Origin: Octopus vulgaris
Taxonomy: Eukaryota
Reading direction: 5' to 3'
Length of the DNA stretch: 64,000 nucleotides
Assembly: GCA_951406725.2 (NCBI GenBank)
Contig: OX597821.1
Coordinates: forward strand, 109,740,001 to 109,804,000
Shown here: positions 12,583 through 22,478 of the stretch, in pieces
Position numbering within the stretch: the first letter of the stretch is position 1
Layout: each line of letters starts with the position of its first letter
Notes under the pieces: model-generated
The model's database searches: none
Told to the model about the DNA's origin: nothing
What the model saw: only the letters and a program-made list of their open reading frames with translations
Translations under genes and position numbers: made by a program

Positions 12583-13292
12583 TACTTTTCATTTATGTGT
12601 GTATTCTCATGCATATATTTGCATGCCTAGATATGCGCATATGTATGTATGCATGTATGTAAGTATGTAAGTATGTACTTACGTACGTACGTACGTATGT
12701 ATGTATGTATGTATATGTGGTAGATTGCAATAGATGACTCGTATGAAGTCATCAGTTTCAAACGATTAAATAAACTCTAACTCCTGTATTGAGTTCTCTT
12801 TTTCAGACAGTAGTACATAATCTTATGATTGAAAGCATATATTTTGCTTTCGCATTAAGATTAATTTCAAAACTGTTGTGTGGTATCTCTATATTTATGT
12901 TCGTATATGAATGAACGGTGTCATATACGGATCTGAACTCGATAATTAAGCTAGATTGGTAATGAAGCTGTGAGGTTAATTAATTGGATCAGCAGTCTGC
13001 GTTGCTGCGAGTTCGCATTCGCTGCGGGTGTCCCGTTGCATAGAACTTCCGAGAGAAGAGCAATAAAAAACTGGCGGAGGGAGAGGTGGACAGAGATAGA
13101 GAAAGAGGGGGTGAGACAGAGATAGAAAGCGGGGGAGAAAGAAGGTGGCCAAGACATTTAATTCCATATGCCTCAGCGGTTCGAGTTTTGAGATTCGTCA
13201 GAGCATATAATTTGTGGTAGACTAAAATCGTGCTAAATAGGCGAGGATATCGGTCTTTGTCACCTGGCTAATTATTAAACTATCACCTGATT

Positions 13293-13653
13293 AGGTGCAT
13301 GCGGGGCTGGGTGCTAACAAGTTGTTTCGGGGTTCAGTCCCACTGCGTGGCACCTTGGGCAAGTGTCTTCTACTATAACCTCGGGCCAACTAGAACCTTT
13401 TGAGTGGATTTGGTAAACAGAAACTGAAAGAAGCCCGTCGTGTATGTGTGTGTGTTTGTGTATCTGTGTTTCTCCCCCCAACATCGTTTTACAATCGATA
13501 CTCGTGTGTTTACGTCCCCGTAACCTGGCGGTTCGGCAAAAGACACCGATAGAATAAGTACTGGGCTTACAAAGAATAAGTCCTGGGGTCGATTTGCTCG
13601 ACTAAAGGCAGTGCTCTTGCATGGCCGCAGTCAAATGACTGAAACAAAAGAAT
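13293..13653 (+). mobile_element. SINE family A, degenerate head
   Basis: B-box GGGTTCAGTCCC, body and tail match the family. Confidence 0.88.
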
Positions 13654-13659
13654 AGCCAC

Positions 13660-15105
13660 AAAAGATACAGACAGCTTCGTATAAAGATGACATGAAGGGT
13701 CACATCTTTTTACCATTCTCAGTACAACTAAACCGATGTCAGGTACACCAATAGGAAATCCGGATCCACAGCAACAGGTTTAAAGTAAACACAGGATGCC
13801 TACACAAGATACAGACCCCCTTACATACAGACACCCTTAATTACAGACAGCCTTATATACAGACACCCTGATATACCGACACATCTTTTTACCATTCTCA
13901 GTACAACTAATCCGATGCTACATACACCAATAAGAATTCCGGATCCACAGCAACAGGTTTAAAGTAAGCCCAGGGTGCCTACACAAGATACAGACACCCT
14001 TATATACAGACACCCTTAATTACAGACACCCTTATATATACAAACACATGTTTTTACCATTCTCTGCGCAACTAAACCGATGCTACGTGGATGACTCAGA
14101 AATCCGGATTCACAACAACAGATTTAAAATAAATCCAGGATGCCTACACAAGATACAGACACCCTTATAAACAGATACCCTTAATTACAGACACCCTTAT
14201 ATAAACAGACACATCTTTTTACCATTCTCAGGACAACTAATCCGATGCCACATACACCAATAAGAATTCCGGATCCACAGCAACAGGTTTAATGTAAATC
14301 CAGGATGCCTACACGAGATACAGACCCCTTATATACAGACCCCTTATATACAGACCCCTTATATACAGACACATCTTTTTACCATTCTCTACGCAGCTAA
14401 ACCGATGCTGCGTAGATCACTCAGAAATCCGTATCCACAGCAACAGGTTTAATGTAAATCCAGGATGCCTACACGAGATACAGACCCCTTATATACAGAC
14501 CCCTTATATACAGACCCCTTATATACAGACCCCTTATATACAGACACATCTTTTTACCATTCTCTACGCAGCTAAACCGATGCTGCGTAGATCACTCAGA
14601 AATCCGTATCCACAGCAACAGGTTTAATGTAAATCCAGGATGCCTTCACAAGATACAGGCCCCTTATATACAGACCCCTTATATACAGACCCCTTATATA
14701 CAGACACATCTTTTTACCATTCTCTACGCAGCTAAACCGATGCTGCGTAGATCACTCAGAAATCCGGTATCCACAGCAACAGGTTTAATGTAAATCCAGG
14801 ATGCCTTCACAAGATACAGGCCCCTTATATACAGACCCCTTATATACAGACCCCTTATATACAGACACATCTTTTTACCATTCTCTACGCAGCTAAACCG
14901 ATGCTGCGTAGATCACTCAGAAATCCGTATCCACAGCAACAGGTTTAATGTAAATCCAGGATGCCTTCACAAGATACAGACCCCTTATATACAGACCCCT
15001 TATATACAGACCCCTTATATACAGACACATCTTTTTACCATTCTCTACGCAGCTAAACCGATGCTGCGTAGATCACTCAGAAATCCGTATCCACAGCGAC
15101 AGACT
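13660..15105. repeat. Tandem minisatellite, 9 units of 160-180 bp, with a nested 15-bp subrepeat CAGACCCCTTATATA
   Basis: The anchor ACATCTTTTTACCATTCTC recurs at ~13702, 13882, 14046, 14211, 14371, 14546, 14706, 14867 and 15027. Confidence 0.95.
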
Positions 15106-15602
15106 TAATACTTTGTCCTGTGTATTCCATGTGACACACGGAACATATTGCTCTATTCTTGCATCATAAATGATACACGTTACCAATTTTTTCTCCAATC
15201 GCTAGGAATTAGGTAAGGAAAGCTTTATATTATTCTATACGAATGAAACAAGGGCTGACCTAAAAGGCTGAAAACACTGATAGGCATTTAGGGAAAACTT
15301 AGGTCAGACTGTACAAATGCTTTGTATGGACAAAAGATGGATGATACCACAAAGTTGTTGCGCCACTTAGTTACAGACATGTAAACAAACCAACACCGGT
15401 AATCAAGCATGCGGGACAAGCACAAAGGCGTGCACACACGCACGCATATGTGCATGTGTATATATGTGTATATATGTTTATATATATATATATTTGTGTA
15501 TGTGTGTGCGTGTGTGTATGCATAAAAATGTACTCACATATATACATACGCGTGTGTGTATAAAAGTATATAGATTCCTATGTGTGTGTGTGTGAGTGTG
15601 TA

Positions 15603-15633
<31 letters not shown>

Positions 15634-15832
15634 ATATTATATACAAGAAACACGTGCGTGTATAACAAAGACGTGCAAAATATATATATAAACATACTAT
15701 GCACGCACACACGCATAAACAGTGCGCGCACGCGCTCATAGACGCAGAAGGAGAGATCAGAAAAAGGAGGAGGAGAAGAAAAAAGTCAACATTATATTCA
15801 CCACCCTAACTGTCACACACACACACGCACAT

Positions 15833-15883
<51 letters not shown>

Positions 15884-15989
15884 CACGCCACTAAACTAAT
15901 ATAATCCTTTTTGGACGAGATGACATTGCTATCACTCACCTCTTTTCTTCCTCTTTCTAGCAATCTCTTTCCCTTGTTCTCATTTTTTT

Positions 15990-16094
15990 TTTTGTTTCTC
16001 TCTCTCTCTCTCTCTCTCTCAATCACTTGTTCTTTTCTCTCTTCCTTTCTCTCTCTCATTCACTTCCTATTTTCTCTCTCTCTCTCTCTGTCTC

Positions 16095-16128
<34 letters not shown>

Positions 16129-16523
16129 CTTCTCAATCACCTATTCTTTTGTCTCTTCATTTCTCTCTCTCTCTCTCTCTTTCTCCCTCCCTCCCTCTCT
16201 CTCACACTCTTTCTGATTCCTGTCTCTTTTTCTCTCTCTCACCCGCGTAGATTCTCTCTCTATCATCTCACTCTCTCTCTCTCTCTCCGGCAACTTCTCA
16301 CTCCCCACTCCCATTTCCCTCTGTTCTCTCTCTCTCTCTCTCTCTCCACATTCTCACGCACACGCACAGACTCTCACTCTCAGTCTCTCTCACCACTTAT
16401 CTCTCTATCTCACTATCGTTTTTCTCCTCTCTCTCATTTCCTTAATGATCTTTTCACTCAGTCTCTCCCTCTCTTCCTGTCCATATCTATATATATCTCT
16501 CTATTTTTAAATATCTCTCTATT

Positions 16524-16622
<99 letters not shown>

Positions 16623-16650
16623 CTCTCTATCTATCTATCTCTCTCTCTAT

Positions 16651-16681
<31 letters not shown>

Positions 16682-16776
16682 CATCTCTATCTATCTATCT
16701 ATCTCTCTCTCTATCTATCTATCTATCTCTCTCTCTCTCTCTCTCTCTCACTTTTATACCTCTTTCTACTCCTCTT

Positions 16777-16814
<38 letters not shown>

Positions 16815-16815
16815 C
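15990..16815. repeat. (CT)n/(TATC)n polypyrimidine simple-repeat tract
   Basis: Directly visible. Confidence 0.95.
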
Positions 16816-16942
16816 ACCCAAACACCTTTCTCTGTCTCCCTCACTTCGTGCACCCACATCACTTTCTCGTTCGTCCTTTAACAAAAAAAACAGAACAGAA
16901 AGAATCATATACACACATATACACACCTGCTCATTACCCTCT

Positions 16943-16973
<31 letters not shown>

Positions 16974-17810
16974 GCACGCACCAACACACTCATAAACATC
17001 CACCAGTCCTTGTCTCAAAAACCACCCACCACCCACCACCTCCCTCGCTCTCTCGCTCTCTCGCTCTTGACATTGTCTGTGTGAATTTTATACGAAGCTT
17101 TTTGTAGAGCAGTAGAACAGCAGTGGAACGGCAGCAGTACGGCAGTAGTACGGCAGCAGCGGAACAGTAGTAGAACGCAGCAGAGCAGCTTACACCTGGC
17201 CGGATTCTACCAGTTTGTAAAATCTATTGACAACCGACGATCCGTGTCAGTCGCTGGCGCCAGGCAGTCTGAGTCCGCCATCTCTTCCCTCTGTCTGTCG
17301 ACTCTCATACATTTCATTTGACCGGAACCTTCCGTCTCCTCAGCCATTGTTGCCCCCCCTAACCCCTCTTCTTCAAACAGTCACCGTCCGCCACCACCAC
17401 CACCTCCTCCTCCTCCCGCCTCTTTCCACCTTTTTTACTCCTCTTCCACCTTTATCTCTTACTCGCCTCCCCCCGCCCCGCCTTTACTCCTCGATTTCTT
17501 TCTCTATCTCTCCACCTCAATCTCTCTCTCCCTCTCCGTGCTTACATATATATATATATGTATATATATATGTGTGTGTGTGTGTAAGCGTGTAGGTTTA
17601 TGTATGTAGGGGTATGCTATGTAGGTATGTATGCATGTGTATGTATGCGTGTAAATATGAATATAGAATATATATACATACATATATATGTATACATACA
17701 TATACATATACATATACGTATATATACACATATATACATACATATATATACATATACACATATATATACATACGTATATATATATATATATATATATCTT
17801 TCTCTCTTTT

Positions 17811-18022
17811 TCTCTCTTTTACTTGTTTCAGTCATTTGACTGCGGCCATGCTAGAGCACCGCCTTTTAGTCGAGCAAATCGACCCCGGGACTTATTCTTT
17901 TGTAAGCCCAGTACTTATTCTATCGGTCTCTTTTGCCGAACCGCTAAATGACGGGGACGTAAACACACCAGCATCGGTTGTCAAGCAATGCTAGGGGGAC
18001 AAACACAGACACTCAAACACAT

Positions 18023-18063
<41 letters not shown>

Positions 18064-18521
18064 TATACGCACTTTTATACACACACACACACATATATAT
18101 ACTCTTTTACTCTTTTACTTGCTTCAGTCATTTAACTGCGACCATGTTGGAGCACAGCTTTTAGTCGAGCAAATCGACTCCAGGACTTATTCTTTGTAAG
18201 CCTAGTACTAATTCTACCGGTTTCTTTTGCCGAACCGCTAAGTTACGGGGACGTAAACACACCAGCATCGGTTGCCAAAGTTATTTGGTGGGGACAAACT
18301 CAGACACACAAGCATGCACATACACACACACACACACACTTATATAAATATAGACGTATATACGACGGGTTTCAGTTTCCCTCTACCAAATCCACCCACA
18401 AGGCTTTGGTTGGTCCAAAGCTACAGTAGAAGACACTTGCCCAAGGTACCACGCAGTGGCACTGAATCCGGAACCATGTGGTTGGGAAGCAAGCTACTTA
18501 CCACACAGCCACTCCTGCACC
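17811..18521 (-). mobile_element. SINE family A: full copy (18101-18521) plus a tandem extra 3' half (17811-18030)
   Basis: Two tails and one head. Confidence 0.88.
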
Positions 18522-19162
18522 TATATACATTTTATTAGAGGAATATATTATATTACTTGCCAAAACGGGACTGTAACAGTGCTCCCAAGATCCAGCCTTC
18601 GCTCTGATCTTGGAACCTAACGGTCGACCTACTGTGACTCTTACCTAGCGTACCTATTCGTGTATACCCTAAGTGAACTAAGTCCCTCATAATTTTTTAC
18701 ATGTGGCTGAGTGGTAAGAAGCTTGCTTCCCAACCGCATGGTTCTGGATTCAGTCTCACTGCGTGGCACTTTGGACAAAATGCCACTCCGTGGAACTGAA
18801 TCCAGTGATGTATGACCTAAGTTGAACCCCTTATTTACATAATAACCGAACCTTGTACTTAACTATGGTCTATCCATAGCATTTATTCAGCAGTACCTGA
18901 AACCTTTGGGTCTCACTGACACCATTATCTCTCATAACCTCTATATATACATACATACATACATACATACATACATACATACATACATACATACATACAT
19001 ACACACATACATAGGAATTGGTATCCAAGGCACTCAGAGGGTCGGGGTCCGTGTGAGCGTGCGGTAATATAAAGTTAATTCAAACAAGAAAGCACAAAAA
19101 AAACACAACAACGCGAGGACGTGGAACAAATACATACATACATACATACATACATACATACA

Positions 19163-19194
<32 letters not shown>

Positions 19195-19195
19195 C

Positions 19196-19240
<45 letters not shown>

Positions 19241-19243
<3 letters not shown>

Positions 19244-19925
19244 AGTAGATAGACAACTGATGAAGGGTCGTTCTCTGCGTTTACTTGTTCTGTTTTCCAT
19301 TTCTTCTCGTTCTTTGCGTATTTAACTCATTTGTTTTCGTATTTCATGTTGTTTACACAGATGGTGACGTCCAGTACCCATATATGCATATGCATATGTT
19401 TATATACTTATATTATAATTTAATTGAACGCCACGCATCCATTTCCATTGATAAAAATGAGAATGAAGAAAAACGTTTTGAATCTTCCCAAGATTTGCGC
19501 CAACTTTCGTAAGTCTTTCCAGAAGAACTCCTCTCATACCAGGTCACTCATATTTTATTTCGTTCTGTTTTTGGTTACTTGGTACTCCGTGCTCTATTTA
19601 AAAGCTAAAGGCCTTTTCGTTTGTTCTCTTGTTTATTTTTTATTTCTCGTATTGTATTTTTTTGTACATGTATTTTTATCTTGTATTTTATTTTGTATTT
19701 TTATCTGTATCGTTTTTACGTCCTGTTTGTGTCACATTTTTTTTCTTTCTTTCTTTTTACCCCTCTGCGAAGTAATTTTATTTAATTCTCTCGCAGGAAG
19801 GGCTAGTTTGACGAGTCGTGTTCTGTCCTACCTTCGAAACACGCTAGAGTTGAACTAGGGACAGCTGATGAAGGGGATTTTTCCTTGTGTAGTTTGTCTT
19901 GTACTCTGTTTTTCTGTTGTAAAAA
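19241..19925 (+). mobile_element. Non-coding Penelope/retrozyme-like repeat bounded by two CUGAUGA strands 608 bp apart
   Basis: CTGATGAAGGG occurs at 19257 and 19865. The GAACGCCAC(G/A)CATCC block is shared with ~3100. Confidence 0.65.
19784..19879 (+). ncRNA. Rearranged hammerhead ribozyme, copy 3 (best-preserved accessory helices, GUU triplet)
   Basis: Reads AAUUCUCU cgcag GAAGG g CUAGUUU..CGUGUU^CUGUCC ua CCUUC GAA ACACG..GAACUAG GGACAG CUGAUGA AGGGGAUU. Stem III has 5 bp, stem I 6 bp; the other pairings are GAAGG/CCUUC, AAUUCUCU/AGGGGAUU and CUAGUUU/GAACUAG. Confidence 0.8.
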
Positions 19926-20445
19926 GGAGCTATTTCTTTTATTTAATTTTATTCAACATATTCCTCTCTCAGATTCACTCACTTCTCGCAGTGGTTCTTC
20001 ATTTTTTGTAAACCTTGTAGAAAAACCAGAACGTTTCGGCGCCAGCAAAGCCTTTCGAGATCCCCTTAAAGCCAGCAACCTCTCAGCAACCCCTGCACAT
20101 GAACCTACATATAATGTACATTCTTTATTAATTCAGTTGTTCACAAATCTTCAGAAGTGTCTTGATACAAAGAAAAGATGAGCTATTTAGTATGAGAGTA
20201 TGTCAGATAAACATAATCATAGCGAAGTAGATATACTCGTATAAGAAACATAACTTGCACTCATTACACGAATGCGAGTATGTCAACATGTGCAGCCATT
20301 GAAAAATATATATATGGTAACTCGACTCAGATATCCATAACTACGAACAAAGAAACTTCGGCCCTTCGGTTAGTGGCTGGCGTGAATTCGTCGAACCACT
20401 ACAGTCGCAAAGATAGCATACATAGATACGAAGTAGGTAACATGC

Positions 20446-20509
<64 letters not shown>

Positions 20510-20823
20510 GCACGTGTATATATATATATATATATGTACACACACACACACATTTTTGTATGAGCAATCGAAAATAAATGTATTTGTGATAGAAAAGTTA
20601 ACGCGGGCCACACAAGCATACATTTATATATACACATATATGAGTGTTTGTATGGATCTATACATATATGTGTTTGTGTGTGTGTGCGTGTGTATCTGTG
20701 TGTGTATGCGCGCATATATATATATATATATATATATTTGTATACACACACACTTATATATATATACACATTTATATGTATACATATATATAAATATATA
20801 TATATATAAATATATATATATAA

Positions 20824-20901
<78 letters not shown>

Positions 20902-20999
20902 CGGAGAGAAAGAGAGAGAGAGAGAGACACTTACGTACAAGCATAGATACGTATTTATACAAGCGGACAGGTGCTTTCTCACCAATGTTTTCTTTTTAT

Positions 21000-21107
21000 C
21001 ATCGTCGTTGTCAGCTTCATCATGCCCCATCATCATCATCATCATCATGACCATCGTCATCCTCGTCATCGTCATCGTGATCATCATTATCATCATCATC
21101 GTCGTCC

Positions 21108-21151
<44 letters not shown>

Positions 21152-21185
21152 GTCATCATCGTCGTCATCATCATCGTCAACACCG
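21000..21185. repeat. (CAT)n/(CGT)n microsatellite
   Basis: Directly visible. Confidence 0.95.
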
Positions 21186-22176
21186 TCAGCTTCAACATCG
21201 TGAGTGTCTGTAGTGTTTTATTTATTTTCATTTCCGTATCTTTGAGGTCGGGTACGGAGATCACATTCACGTGCGTATGGCCATGGTGTATACACGTGTG
21301 TGTTTGCGTGAATGTATGTGGATACCGGTATGCAAGTGCGTTTATGTGTGTGTACGTATTGACGTCTTTTCTTCGTACACACACATACACACATACATAC
21401 ATACACACAACATACATATATATACATATATATATATATATACATATACACAACATACATCTATATACACATACAAATTTACACGCGTGTGTGTGTATGA
21501 GTATGTGTGAGTGTGTGAATGTGTGTGTATGTGCGTGTGAGTATGAGTATGTGTGTGTGTGTATGTATCTATACCTGTAATTATTTTCGTGTGCATATAT
21601 GTGTGTGTGTGTGTGTGTGTGTAAGTGCGTGTGAGTGTGCGTGTGTGTCTATGCCAGATGCTATTTTCGTGTGCGTGTATATGTGTTTATGTCGGTGTGT
21701 GTGTATGTGTGCGTGTTTGTGTGTATGTGAGTGTGTCTTTACCTGATACTATTTTCGTGTGCGTGTATGTTTCTGTCGGTGTGTGCGTGTATATGTGTGT
21801 GAGTGTGTGTGTGTATGCATGTGTGTGTGTGTGTATGCGTATCTATGTCTGATACTATTTTCGTGTGTGTGTATATGTGCGTTTGTGTCGATTTGTGTGT
21901 GTGTGTGTGTGTGTGTGCGTGTAGTGTGTATATGTGCGCCATATTTGACTTGTTATTCTTGAAGCTCATATAGATGATGCTGTTACTGTTGTAGTTGTTG
22001 TTATTGTTGTAGTTTTACTTGTTAAATCAGCTTTTCCATCAGGTGTTACTGGGTGTTTTGCTCATAAAACATTCTTCGAAATAATTACGAAAAGAGAGAG
22101 AGAGAGAGTCTTGTTGAAAACATACACGCATGCATGCATGCATACATGTATGTATGTATGTATGTATGTATGTATG

Positions 22177-22204
<28 letters not shown>

Positions 22205-22207
<3 letters not shown>

Positions 22208-22375
22208 TTGGAATTTACGGAAAAACGAAAGACGAAGACAGGTGTATGAGCAACAAACAAGGGTATTAGCTTGACGTTCGGGAGAGTGAGAAAGTTTTTA
22301 TGTTTCGAGCCTATGCTCTTCAACAGAAAGGGACACAAGGAAATAAACAGAGAGAGAATTTTTTTTTAACTTTTG
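22205..22375 (-). mobile_element. Short repeat with a minimal type I hammerhead-like motif (CUGUUGA variant)
   Basis: Minus strand reads UUU CUGUUGA A GAGC auag GCUC GAAACAUA AAA. Related copies lie at 35165-35345, 43815-44000 and 59075-59232. Confidence 0.6.
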
Positions 22376-22427
22376 GCGTATGTATATCAGTCACACGCAC
22401 GTGTGTATATATATATATATATATATA

Positions 22428-22432
22428 TAGTG

Positions 22433-22478
<46 letters not shown>

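Noticed and set aside
14440-14500. Twister ribozyme in the satellite (UAAUGUA..ACAAG..UACAGA)
   Set aside because: P4 and the two pseudoknot pairings cannot be built.
13660-15105. CRISPR-like array
   Set aside because: The whole unit is repeated, there are no unique spacers and no cas genes, and the context is eukaryotic.
16027-16881. 284-aa ORF and similar LSIY, YI, HT and CV-rich ORFs across the window (e.g. 20446-21456, 43591-44361, 45424-46164)
   Set aside because: Stop-free frames of simple repeats and SINEs.
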